A DNA stretch of 63,735 nucleotides, filler included, from Phoronis australis (Eukaryota; Animalia; Phoronida): assembly GCA_002633005.1 (NCBI GenBank). It is 4 parts of 4 records of this genome, joined end to end, with 100 filler letters (N's around TTAATTAATTAA, not from the genome) between each part and the next. Parts side by side here need not be neighbours in the genome. Positions count along the whole stretch, not along the records: positions 1 to 28,333 come from NMRA01000328.1; 3 more parts are not named here. The stretch is one strand, 5' to 3'. The notes under the pieces were generated by a model that saw only the letters and a list, made by a program, of their open reading frames with translations, was not told the origin of the DNA and made no database searches. Shown here one piece after another: positions 12,284-25,296 of the stretch. The translations under genes were made by a program, and so were the position numbers. Every line of letters begins with the position of its first letter. Within the stretch, counting starts at the first letter, position 1.

Positions 12284-14099
12284 TGTAGACCAGTACGTGC
12301 TGGATGGTGTCCTGCGGATTCCTCACAATACGGCTGGTCGTGCAGGGCGTCATCGTCGTAAGCGCTAAGGGTTTGACTGAAGGCGGCATCTTCTGGTTCT
12401 TCTGAGTTCCACCTCCATTGTAACCTATGTCGTACGGACTCAGTGGCTTTATTAAAAATCGAAGTGCCTGGTTCCTCAATGTGATGCTTATTCAGCGTGA
12501 ATGGGCTTACATGTATAATCAATTTTGTTTCGACTCTTTATTTGTCTGATTGGAGCTTCTTACTGTTGTGCCACGTGCATGTGATGCTAAACATCGAACA
12601 ATGGTTTCAAACGGTTACCTGGTGGGTTGATTTAGCTCAACTCAGGTACGTGGGCTTGTCACGTTACTTGATTTTAGCAATTAGTTACTATCAACATCGT
12701 TCAGTCATGTTATCACCAGTTAACCCCACTGAATAACGGGTTTATTCAGTTGAACTAAGTGTTTTTTTCATTAACTCACCCAGGAGCCGGATGGTAGGCC
12801 AGCGGCACATATTGTCCTGGGCGGGAGTGCTCCCAATATAAGAGGTGTACGGGACGTGCCGCTCAGAAGTCAAGGCCGGGTGACTTATTCACAGCAGTAT
12901 TACTCTTCAAAACTCTGCTATATCCAATAAAATTCTCTAGATGAGTGAGTTTCCTTATTCTATAGCGGACCCCACCCCCAGGGCTACCAGATTAGTTAAC
13001 AAATTAACATGAATGGGCTATTCAGTAAATTCGCAACAACCAGGAATAAAAATTGACACCTAGAATGAATTTTATGTGTTGAGATCAGAAACACATTTTA
13101 GGTGTCATGAAAAATACACATTCTTCAATCATTTTTAGCCTGTTTCACATATTTTAATTCAGATCTTAAATAAGACTTGGGTACAAAGATTATTAGTTTC
13201 CACATATAAACATGAAGATGAAATGCCAAGTATGTTCAATCTGCCTTACAAAAATAGTTTAGTCTTGTTTTCTTTTAAAATTTGCTAATATTTCTCGGAC
13301 TTTTCTGTTACAGGTGAGAGAATTCGACTGAAATCAGCTGCTTTACCATCTATTTTACCTTGCAACAAAGTAAAAAATAGTCCTTCAACAATAACCTGAG
13401 AGAACTGAACGCCTCAATTCATAAATTCAGCCCTTGATATCCCTGATTATGGATTCTCTTGAATTGGGAAAATTACAATTGTTTTTAACAGTGTTGTTCC
13501 TTTTTATGTATGTGGTTGTTCAGTTTGCTATTTTGTTTTTAAATAGGCCTACCCTGCCTATTGTTTATTTTCGAATCTTGTGCATAGCAAATTCTCATCC
13601 AGGAAGTAACGATTGGAAACACACTTTGCTTGCATGTGGAACTTTTGTTATAGACAAGTTAGCACAAACCTTAAAACTGTCCAAAGGCTTTCTTAAGAAA
13701 GCACAGATACGCACATGAAAAAATCAAATGCAAAGGCAATAATTAGTTTTGATAGCTGGACATTTCTATAGGTCATCAGGAAAATGACAATTCGCAAGCA
13801 TAATCGATAATCATTTCAGCATTATAAAAAACAGCACAACTGCACTGTATGGGGCTTTAAAAGTGAAGAAATACTGTGGTTTAAATAATTAGTGACAAAC
13901 CTACCTGTTGATGAAAAATTTATTTGCTCGTGAAAATGTAACATTAAGGTGTATTCCACTGACAATAAGATAATCAATGCAGTCGCTGAATGTCATTTCC
14001 TCATAATGTGTACCAAATTGAAGATTTCATCATTAGTATAAAGCCTTTCTTCTAAAAGGAAAAGTTGATGTCACTCAGTGAGCAAAGACAGGTATACCA

Positions 14100-14430
14100 G
14101 ATGCTTGAAGGTAAACACAACAGCATATCACTTTATTTGCTTTGTGTCCAAACTCTGACCCTGAACTAGACCAGAGTGTTAATAGGTCTTCTTTAGTTTC
14201 AGCCCTAACGTTTCTTCCAGGAAAGGAAATAAGCCATTGTTGGCCTCATATGACTCATTGCCTATGAAAGGGCATTTTATCTCAACAGTGGCATCCTCAC
14301 CAACGAGGCTGGCTGGTGTAGCAGTCAGACATAGTGCCTCTTCATACACACACAAACAACCCACTGGCACATTTCCTTATGATAACTTAGCACTGCGATT
14401 CACATTCCTCCAGTGCGACTGTCTTGTACA
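14100..14430 (-). pseudogene. YqaJ/lambda-exonuclease-like domain remnant
   Basis: CLTATPASLVGEDATVEIKCPF (compare LGASPDGLV..VEIKCP), followed by VQGQ...YAVVFT (compare YYQVQGQ...CYFVV.T). Confidence 0.7.
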
Positions 14431-15657
14431 CTGTGCCATGCAGCACTGCTGGTGTGTGGAAGAGAACGAGTAACAAAGCTTGTCTATGTTGCGCCTTGAA
14501 GTGGCCTTAAAATTGACACTAAACCTGGAAAAAATATTGAAACATGAACACTTAAGTACTTCACGCTGGGTCAAAAATGTTGCACTTGTTTTTCAAAAAT
14601 ATGATATGGTAACTGCTTTACAATTTCACACAAAATTATATACTTACTATTTCCAGAAAGCAAGGGTGTATATAATAAGTATTGTATAAAACTGCAAACC
14701 TTTATCACCCATTTTCAGGATATTTAATTTTTGATACTTTCAGCAGTTTTAAACACCGATTACAGTTTCATGGGTCTGTCAAGCACACTGATGGTCTAAG
14801 GCTGAGGGAACCGTTTCTCAGATTTTTTTTATTTTTCTTCTAATATAAGATATAAAGACTTGGGTCATTTAAAAAATGATGGATAATCTTTCTGTTGTTT
14901 AAGAGTTCCTAAGACACCATTGATTGCGTATTGGCAGTAAGAATAATATGTTCAAATACGACTTCGCTCGTACGTTCGCAGCAAAAATGAAATTGTCATA
15001 AAAAATGGCAGTCATATGAATATATAACATTTCAAGGCATGATTTAAGACTGTTCGGCCAATGAGAATTCAGAAAATGTGGTATATTTTATGGGTTTAAA
15101 ATTTTAAGCAAAACAGTTTCATGAAACGTGAAAGAACTTCATGGAGGTTAAGAGTTACCTCACCATGCTCTTTCCCCCAGACACTATTACCTGTTATTTC
15201 CACACATTCAGTTGCACCAAATTTTACAACCCTAACCTCCCTTTGCCAAAATCCTGCTAGGGGCCTTAATAAGTAAAACAAAACAACTTTCACACCTTTC
15301 TTTAATAATAGCTGTCCGTTTTCAAAGGCTTTGTTCTTTGTTTCCAATATAGAAAGTAGGCTTTGACAAGAGATCTGCACTGGATAGGAATATCTTGTTG
15401 GTTAGCTGCAGTCACATGCTTAAACCCAATTTTTGTCAAATCAGGAACGACTGCATGTAGGACTATGTATCCTCTGCACGGTACTAGCCCTCAAGCCTAA
15501 AACCAAAGGTCAGGTGAAAACAGGCATGATATATTTCCATGTCAACGTGTAATAGATTTCCGGACGACATAGGATAGGGAGTAAACAATTTGTCACGAAC
15601 CCTTTGAGCTTGGATTGTAATCTTACCTCACAAATAACCAATATCGAGTTTACAGCT

Positions 15658-16264
15658 GTGTGTTGGTAGTCCTTCGGGTTCGAAGATGACGTAGGTTGTG
15701 TGTCTCATCGTCTATGTACACGAAGATGGCTCTGCAGTCCCAGTCTTGACGCGCAGAGTCGAGAACAGGTGGGGCATTGGAACTCCGTCGTGGTAACAGT
15801 GGTGGATGCTGCTGAGTGGCGTTTCTCTCGAGCAGCTTCGAGTCTCTTACAGCGGTCATCCTCAAAACTGGCAGTTGCTTTTCGAATCGTGGCTCGCCAC
15901 TTTGGTCTCTCTCCTGCAACAGCTTTCAGCTCCTTGGGTTTGATGTTGCACCATGTCAGGTTGGCTTTGACGGTGTCTTTGTAACGAAGGCGAGGGCGTC
16001 CTTGCTTCCTTCTCCCAGTCTTCAGCTCGCCATACAAAAGCTGGCGAGGCATTCTGTAGTCCTCCATCCTGATGACGTGCCCCACCCATCGCAGTTGGGC
16101 CTTGAGTAGCATCGCTTCAATGCTGGTTGACTGGGCACGTTCTAGGACCTCAAGGTTGGTGATTCGGTCCTGCCATCGGATTCCTAGGATGGAGCGAAGA
16201 GAACGCATGTGGAAGCTCTCAAGCTTCTTGATGTGCCTGCGGTAGAGGGTCCATGACTCGCAGC
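15658..16264 (-). mobile_element. 3' end of a young RTE-clade LINE (ORF open up to the gap)
   Basis: LRSILGIRWQDRITNLEVL, QLRWVGHVIRM, LYGEL..GRRKQGRPRLRYKD and a C-terminal CPTC...LQSH zinc finger; stop at 15705, short 3' UTR. Confidence 0.9.
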
Positions 16265-16632
16265 NNNNNNNNNNNNNNNNNNNNNNNNNNNNNNNNNNNN
16301 NNNNNNNNNNNNNNNNNNNNNNNNNNNNNNNNNNNNNNNNNNNNNNNNNNNNNNNNNNNNNNNNNNNNNNNNNNNNNNNNNNNNNNNNNNNNNNNNNNNN
16401 NNNNNNNNNNNNNNNNNNNNNNNNNNNNNNNNNNNNNNNNNNNNNNNNNNNNNNNNNNNNNNNNNNNNNNNNNNNNNNNNNNNNNNNNNNNNNNNNNNNN
16501 NNNNNNNNNNNNNNNNNNNNNNNNNNNNNNNNNNNNNNNNNNNNNNNNNNNNNNNNNNNNNNNNNNNNNNNNNNNNNNNNNNNNNNNNNNNNNNNNNNNN
16601 NNNNNNNNNNNNNNNNNNNNNNNNNNNNNNNN
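16265..16632. other. Assembly gap
   Basis: Run of N. Confidence 0.99.
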
Positions 16633-18154
16633 NTTTTTTATTTTTCTTCTAATATAAGATATAAAGACTTGGGTCATTTAAAAAATGATGGATAATCTTT
16701 CTGTTGTTTAAGAGTTCCTAAGACACCATTGATTGCGTATTGGCAGTAAGAATAATATGTTCAAATACGACTTCGCTCGTACGTTCGCAGCAAAAATGAA
16801 ATTGTCATAAAAAATGGCAGTCATATGAATATATAACATTTCAAGGCATGAGTTAAGACTGTTCAGCCAATGAGAATTCAGAAAATGTGGTATATTTTAT
16901 GGGTTTAAAATTTTAAGCAAAACAGTTTCATGAAACGTGAAAGAACTTCATGGAGGTTAAGAGTTACCTCACCATGCTCTTTCCCCAGACACTATTACCT
17001 GTTATTTCCACACATTCAGTTGCACCAAATTTTACAACCCTAAACCCCCTTTGCCAAAATCCCGCTAGGGGCCTTAATAAGTAAAACAAAACAACTTTCA
17101 CACCTTTCTTTAATAATAGCTGTCCGTTTTCAAAGGCTTTGTTCTTTGTTTCCAATATAGAAAGTAGGCTTTGACAACTAAGAGATCTTGTTGGTTAGCT
17201 GCAGTCACATGCTTAAACCCAATTTTTGTCAAATCAGGAACGACTGCAGAAGCCATGTAGGACTATGTATCCTCTGCACGGTACTAGCCCTCAAGCAAAA
17301 AACCAAAGGTCAGGTGAAAACAGGCATGATATATTTCCATGTCAACGTGTAATAGATTTCCGGACGACATAGGATAGGGAGTAAACAATTTGTCACGAAC
17401 CCTTTGGGCTTGGATTGTAATCTTACCTCACAAATAACCAATATCGAGTTTACAGCTAGCACAAACATTAAGCATTGACTGATGTAACTGTCACTGATAA
17501 ACCTGTCAGAAATCATTCCAAACATTAATATTACTGCTTTGACCTACGAAAAGACCTCAAGGGCTACATCGAGTATCGTAACATACATTATAACAATGAT
17601 TAACCCGACTGGTAATCGCCGCGAAGTCGACATCGGCCAGTTCCTCAGTTAACAAGCATCTTAGTATTGTAAACATGGAATAATCGTTAAAAATAATCAC
17701 AAACCTTACCTTGCTATCATGCTTACTTCCTGTCGTAGAAGCACCCTTTTCACGCGATCTCAGATTCATTTGGCACGGCTGCAATCCATTTCACCATGTA
17801 TTAAAGGGCTCGCGAAATCGAGGTTGCTTAATCTATTACCACTACTCGCTGGTTCCCTGCGTGCCGCTAGGTGGTAGCCAACTAGGCCAGGCCAATTTGA
17901 TAAATAAGTCTATGTATATAGCTAATTGGGCCAGGCACGTAGGGAACCAGCGAGCCATCACTAGTACACGCGCGATTGTCAAATAGTCCCATTCTGAGGT
18001 TGGCGGGCTCTCCCGGGCAATATTAAGATCTGCTTAAAGATACTACGACCGAAATACTTATTTTGAGTTTGTTGTTGGATGGGAGAGACTTCATGAAGTT
18101 ATTAGGTTGGACCAGAGTGAGTTTTAAACTGAAATACGCTTACGTTGATCAAAT

Positions 18155-18335
18155 GGGATTTAGCTCCGCCGGCAGAGCGTTAGAAGGCTGCGACTTCAGA
18201 GGTTGCAGGTTCGTATCCACGCTGAGGCTGATCTCCAGTAGAAAAGTACTTTTCTCGACGTAAAATTGCCTCACCTGAGCACTCCCAGCTTCAATAATTT
18301 GTGGCACATAACAACAACAACAACAACAACAACAA
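18155..18335 (+). mobile_element. tRNA-derived SINE
   Basis: A-box-like TAGCTCCGCCGGCAGAGCG at 18161, B-box-like GGTTCGTATCC at 18208, (CAA)n tail at 18311-18335. Confidence 0.7.
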
Positions 18336-18951
18336 TTCTTCCGTCAACAGCCGTCCATGACAAAGTACACTGTATTTGGGCGAAACTGGGCTTCTCATAG
18401 CCATATTTTACCAATTTTATCAAGACCGATTGTTTTCAAACGAATTTCACCCAAACCAATACCTTGGTTTCGCGTGGCTGAGAAATAAGGGGTTGCATTT
18501 TTGCCTTCCTGTCTATCTTGTGAAAGCACTGCAAATGTCTGTATTTCACGAGTACACGTATATAGTCACAATTAAAAAGACCTTGAAAGATGGTGAACTG
18601 AGAACAGATTTTCTTAATCATGTTATCAATTACCGGTAATCAGATCGGTAGAGAAATTGTTCGTGAACATTGTCTGCTACCCTCTGACACAGCGCCTCCT
18701 ATACTGAAAAGTGGGCCTGAGGAAACATGAATGACACACGAAATTCCGTGATCGTGGGCATCAATGCGCTTGCTTGGTCGGAAGTTTAACGATCACATCG
18801 CCACCACTTGCACACGCCTTCAATGCACTGTACTTGTTTGGACTTAGCGCGGGATCGGGGTTCCATTGATTTCGTTTACTTCAGCGCAACGTACGACAAC
18901 GCGATGATGATCTCAATAATTGGCTGTCATTAAGTTTACAAAATATGCAGG

Positions 18952-20016
18952 ACTTGAAATGAGAGAGAACGTAAACAGTCGAGGCTCAAAAGGACAGCGA
19001 ACAAATGTCTGGTTATCATTGTAACTGAGAATCTGAAGCAACGACAGTGCCGAAGAGTTTTTGGCGACTAATTAACGTTGTCAAAAATTTCCACGCAAGC
19101 CATTATGTACTCAAGCATAGAACAATAAACACATATCGTGAGTTAGCACAAAAGTAGAAAAGGAAGTGACAATCATAATTTCGAGTTCGATTTCGAGAAA
19201 AAAATTAGACCCCGGGCCCTGAATACCTTTACCACGCACAACGCAATCAAAACACGAAACCAGAACTCCAACCACAGACACACAGGCACTTGTACACGTA
19301 TGAATAAGGCTGTTTAAATTGATCGTCAGAGGACGTTCTCACGTGTAGACTGGGTCGCGCATTTCGGTCACTTGCATTGGAAATTGACCTATCGCAAGCT
19401 CCGCCCCTATGCGAAAAGTCACGTGATACCCGACATTCGAACGAGATGTCAGAGGCAAATACACTGTCGCTAAACGACGTTCCTGGTGGAATCGATGAGT
19501 GTTTTTGCACTATTTGAAAACGCTTCGACAGAGACAAGAGGCGATGCTTTTCAACAGAGAATCGTACGTTCATGATATGGNCTTGAAATGAGAGAGAACG
19601 TAAACAGTCGAGGCTCAAAAGGACAGCGAACAAATGTCTGGTTATCATTGTAACTGAGAATCTGAAGCAACGACAGTGCCGAAGGGTTTTTGGCGACTAA
19701 TTAACGTTGTCAAAAATTTCCACGCAAGCCATTATGTACTCAAGCATAGAACAATAAACACATATCTTGAGTTAGCACAAAAGTAGAAAAGGAAGTGACA
19801 ATCATAATTTCGAGTTCGATTTCGAGAAAAAAATTAGACCCCGGGCCCTGAGTACCTTTACCACGCACAACGCAATCAAAACACGAAACCAGAACTCCAA
19901 CCACAGACACACAGGCACTTGTACCACGTATGAATAAGGCTGTTTAAATTGATCGTCAGAGGACGTTCTCACGTGTAGACTGGGTCGCGCATTTCGGTCA
20001 CTTGCATTGGAAATTG
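18952..20016. repeat. About 435-bp near-identical direct duplication (18952-19386 and 19582-20016)
   Basis: The second copy starts immediately after the single N at 19581. Confidence 0.9.
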
Positions 20017-20405
20017 CCCGTGGTAAGAGTGTCTGTCTGGGGTTGTAGTTGTGGTCCGTGGTAAAGGTGTTGTGTGAGCGATAACAATTGTTTAATTATG
20101 TGGTAAGGGTGCGTTTCCACCTCTGAACTGTCTTGTATTCCTATATGCTGTACACAGTGGGTATTTACCACACGGTATAGGCATACAACAATGCTCTGCA
20201 GCCAGGTTGGCGGCTTGTATGTACGTGCTTACATATGGCGACTGTTCGCATACACCTCTGTGTGAGCCACTACTGCTGCAACATCTGGTTTATATCAATT
20301 TTAAACAAAATAGTGTTTTCATCTTAGAACTATTAGGAAAGCGCTCCTTTTTTCGGAGCAACCCATCACCGTAGCTTGAATATTCTCTTGACATATATAA
20401 TGTAA

Positions 20406-20592
20406 TTATGACAATTTGAGCCGTTTACAATTTGGGCTTGTACTACAGTAGCGTACAGGCCCAAATTGTCTCACACAATTGTGAATTTGACAATTTGGGC
20501 AAACTGTGATAATTTGGGCTTGCAGCGTTCACCCAAATTATCGCAGTTTTGAAGTTGTGGCAATTTGGGACGTTGTGACAATTTGGGCTTAC
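20406..20592. repeat. Cluster of TGACAATTTGGGC-like motifs in both orientations (MITE or minisatellite interior)
   Basis: At least seven copies of (C)AATTTG(G)GC or GCCCAAATT. Confidence 0.6.
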
Positions 20593-23500
20593 ACAGTGCT
20601 GTGTGTAGGTATGATCATCAGAGCGACCAAAAGGATAGTTGTGTTCAAATACGATTATAGTTTTTGACTATCTCTTGGAAACTTTGTATCGTGGAAAAAG
20701 TATCTAAAATACAGACTTATCCAAAATACAAGTAAAGTTGACTGCAATGACAGTTTTCAAGGAAGGTGGATCAAGAAGACGTCATTAAGAGTAATAAGTG
20801 GGGCATGATGCCCACTTGGGGTAAAACGCCCACATCCCCTAAAACCATGAAGCACGTATGCCACAAGCGCCCACTTCACTTGACTCCTTTGCGAGCTCAA
20901 CAACATGTCATAACAGTGCACATTTGCCGATAATAGTATGGGCTACAGCATTAGGTAGAGATTTTGATGTCCTTTTAGTATATCGGCTAGTAACGAATAA
21001 CATACTGATACTGTACAGTGATTTTTAAAATATGATCTCGATGGACAATAATCAACCATATATAACGCTCAAAACGCTGTGACAAGATTTTATTTGAATT
21101 TACATCGTAGTTTGTGTGACATGATGTCTATGCACAAAACGCCTGTGGTGAGGCAGGGGCAAAGTACACAAGGTAGGCGTCTTGCCTCAACTGGAGACTT
21201 TCACCCCACCCAATACTAAATTTACCACAGTGTATATGTTTTGAATACTTTAAAAAATCTGTTCACAAACACAATGGGAAGCAACAAGAATGCAACATTG
21301 TGACAATACTATTAAAATGGTACTGTCCTTGTTGAGAGCAAGCAGAGCAGGAGCGTAACTTGGAAGGGAGGGGATGAGACTCCCAATAATTAGTCAATTT
21401 GTAAGTCAAAGGGAGAAAAAAATGAATAAAGTAAGAAGAAGCTGGGCAGAGAGGTTCTTTCAAAGTTTGAGTTAAGAAAATATAGGTTCATGATCATGTG
21501 GACTATTTATCCGTTGGTGATGAATTTGCGGGCCTATCGTGGGTTATTTTAGAATTAGCGTTTCACTTTATCTCACAATGAATATTTTGTGTTCTGCGTA
21601 GAAATAAAAGAGATAATGTTTCACTCGAGAAGATGGTCGACTAACATGTTCATGGCCTTTACTGTGGTAACGTTGTAGTCTGGTGCCGCAGTCACAAGCT
21701 TTGCTTACAAATTGAGTTCAGATCCCAATTCATTTCAACCACCGATTGTTCGCGAAGCAGAGACAGTAGGAAGTAGTGAAATTTTTAGTCAATTTAGTCA
21801 AACAAATTTCAAAATGACAGGAGTGGGAGTTCATTTAATTGGGTAAGTTGGTAATTATATTTCTCGGTCGATACGCGGAATAATGTCGAGTGGGTATTAC
21901 TTCGTGTACGCCAATCGAGGTACATTTTGTATTTATCCCATACGCTTCGAATTCATAAGTTTCTTTCTTTTTTCCGCAGACATTTTCGATACTTCACTCT
22001 GATTGCTCACGAGGCGGATCACAACCTATATGTATGTACTTGCGCGATAGACTGCAAATTTTCTCTAGTAAAAGAAACAGTTTTAAATGTGACGATTTAT
22101 TATTTGAAAAGAGATAACAAAGATGAAAACAACGGTAACTTTGAACTTGTAACATCTCATGAAAATACTTAAATAACAACAATATTTGATATTGTAGTTA
22201 CCGAGGAATCGGTGCCTGAGTTGCAGACGATAAAATATTTAGCAAATGAAAACTGAGACAAAACTGTCATATAACTAACAGTCATGTTCCAGATGTTACG
22301 ATTGAGACCTGATTGTATGTTGAGCGTTATTTACACTGCTATATTTGGATTACTTTAAACTATTTTCCGAAAATTTGGTAATCGAACCGGCTAACGACGT
22401 CGAGTCGATATTGATCTACCTTTTGAACTTTCCATGTCAGAGGTCACTGTTGAAGTAGTGCGGGAGGTGAATACTGAAAACTTTACCCACATGGCCATAT
22501 TTCCCTCTACAGATTCAACGCGTATGGGATAAACACGTAATTTCAAATATTTATTTTTTTCTTTCTGTCGTATACTTTTTGCAATAAAACTACTTGTAAC
22601 TTTACCATTCACTGAAGAGCAGACTAGACGATTACACTCTTCCGGGAACGAGACCATTTGTAATGTTGATGGATCTTTGATTTGATTTGGTCGCGTTGTT
22701 TTTTTTTCAGCCAAGCTCATGGCCAGACTTGTTGGTCCTGCAAGTCAGCGCTTGTTCTATGCATGTTCGGATAGAGTCGAGTTTCTGAAGACTTGGTCGA
22801 GGGATCGGTGGGCCGTGGGGCGCTGGGATCGTGGGGATGGAGGGAGTTGTAGAACAATCTGCAGCAAACACGTTATTAAACAGACGGTCTTCTTATATCG
22901 CGCCACTCCTTGCTCTTGAACTCCTGATTGTACATGAATATTTAGATTTTGAAACGCCATTTTTGCCTGTGACTCAATGACTACCAACTTCACTTATTTT
23001 TCATGTGTTTCATTTATTGCGAGAGCACACTTCACGTGGATTTTGAAACAAATCTGACTTAGACCCCTATTGTCAGTTTACGTTTTCTTTGTTTTTGCCT
23101 TGATATCTGCCAAGCTCCAGGTTGGATGCTCCTTAATGGAGGTTACTATCACGGAGGCAACACTACCTCCCCTGTTTCACGATGGACGCATGTCAACGCC
23201 CCGCCCCCGTTCTTGTTAAAGGACTGTCAAAGTTGCTTCACTGAGTATGGTGAATAAGGATTTCAAAATTCAGAAGTTTTCGTCTGTTATACATCGAAAC
23301 CAATCGTGGTCCTCGATTCGTGTACGAAAATTCCACACAGCAGCGCCTCCTTGCATTCTCTAAAAATAATCATGGACAAGTTACCAGGTGTCCCCAGAAA
23401 AGCCTGAAAAATTGGCACCACTCAAGCTGCCAATGATCGCAATGTGTTTCTAGAAAAATTCAAAACTTGTGAAGTCCAGTATTTAGTGCAAAATAATTCA

Positions 23501-25296
23501 GAACCAGTTAAAATGGTAGACAATGAGGAATCAGCAACTTTAAAATTTCTCTTTGTAAATCTGTTGGCAATGACGACTTTCTTTACAGGTGTACTTGCTC
23601 TCCCAAGGAAACGACATTCTGTTGTCATTCTTACGGTACTTGAATTTGAAATTGGTTGCGAGATAAAATGTCTGGAATTTCCCTGGAACAAATGTTACTT
23701 CATCTACTTAAAGATGCCTGGAACGCGAAAACTCGTAAAAAATACCTGGCAAATCTAAATCTTGGGAATGCTATGGTGACAGTTACACACTTTGAATATT
23801 GACAAAATATACATATGCGCGCATGGGCTCAAAATTACTCAAGTACATAATCGTCATTGTTCACTTTGTTTCAAAAGTCAAAGGAACGTGCCTTACCATG
23901 TAAGAGAAAAAACGACGAAGTGACGAGCAGTGATAGATCGTTTTTGGAAATTTGAAACTATTGGGAAAATGATTTGACATTAATAGAAATTTGAATTCTT
24001 TTCGAATAAACCGTAAAAATAACTGGTGAACAGTTTGACTACTGATTCAGTGGCAGAGAACCACTTTGAACAATGCATTTTAGTCTGTTTCTAGGGTTCT
24101 ATATCACTTTAAACTAACTCACTATGACAAGCAACGTTGTGAGTCTCTTCTTTTAAAAAGTGACAATTCTACATAGGGTTTTTTAAAAGCTTAAAAAATT
24201 ATGTAGATTTGTCACTAAGACCCTAGAAAAACGCCCAACATGACGCGTGTTACTCCATTCTAATTTCACCACATTCTTTGGTGACATCAAGGTCTGTCTA
24301 ATTAGCGGTTGCCCCATTGTGTTGTTTAGGCAGGTTACACTATAGAGGATGGGACATATCAAGCAAGGAACAGCAGATACAGTGCGCATTATTTCTCTTT
24401 TCTTCAAGTTTACTTTTTGTAGTCCACTGTGTCTAAATTGGCTGGAAATACGAACAAGCAGTGGTTATCACTGACGCCCATCTCTATTCCCGAATAACCA
24501 AACAAAGGGAACGGGTGAACAAAGTCTAACACTCCTCTTCATTTCAAGTTAAATACATCATAAACCGTACTTTAAAGCACGTTTGTTCATGAAAAACTTA
24601 AGGCCAAACAACACTCATTCAGCTAAACTCCAAATGTTTTCAAATTTATCTGAATTTATTATGAAATTTTTATTTAGTTTAATGTTTATTTTCGGTGGCG
24701 CACGACCAACTAAAATGGCCGCCATAGTACCCTACAATGCCCAATCGGCTAGGGAATTGTGCGTACTCACCCAACTGCCGCCATATATAATTTAAGGTTT
24801 CGGTGGACACCACCCACTTAAAAAAATAGTAAAATAAGGCAAACACACACGTAGCTCAAAGTTACGAATTGTTCCTACTTTTGTAATATTTTTCGATTGA
24901 CAGAACTCATCCTGTGTTCTATATTGGAAACAGTATATTTAAGTTAAGGACAGCATTTTTGCAAGCGCCGCCCCAGTATCCTGTATCAAGAAGACGTTAC
25001 CATGCTTTTCCTATATGCATACACGAAACTACATTTATCAGATTTCAGATCAGTGGGAACGGACCCTGAAACGACGGTTGTGTATGTTGTGACAGGCCAG
25101 TGGTGACGTTCCAGACACCGTCGTACCGTCAGTCGACGTCCATGTCCCGGATTACTGATCAAGGCTGAAGTGAAGTACACTTGATATGCAATGGATGGAA
25201 GGAGCCACCCGCGGGCAGCATAATGCTAGCCTGCATTCTATGTCCAGTTGCCGTTGACGCGAAAACCTTGACTTCTACGACGTTCCGTTTCATGAA

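Larger units (their letters stand above)
14824..17457. repeat. About 830-bp near-identical direct duplication (14824-15657 and 16633-17457) flanking the RTE and the gap
   Basis: The two stretches are co-linear with only a few substitutions and small indels. Confidence 0.9.
12661..17976 (-). mobile_element. Copy B of the ISL2EU-like family (THAP remnant on +, SAP...YqaJ gene on -), truncated at left and interrupted by an RTE and a gap
   Basis: Reverse complement of 44544-49290. THAP tail exon from 13314 reads ERIRLKSAALPSILP. The terminal motif CACTAGTACACGCGCGA at about 17959-17975 matches the copy C left end. Confidence 0.7.

Noticed and set aside
16219-16677. ORFs of 152 and 134 aa
   Set aside because: They consist almost entirely of gap Ns.
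18155-18230. tRNA gene
   Set aside because: A and B boxes are present but I could not fold a clean cloverleaf, and a body plus (CAA)n tail follows. It is a SINE head.
21815-21849. Possible first coding exon MTGVGVHLIG followed by GTAAGT
   Set aside because: No supportable downstream exon or homology was found.
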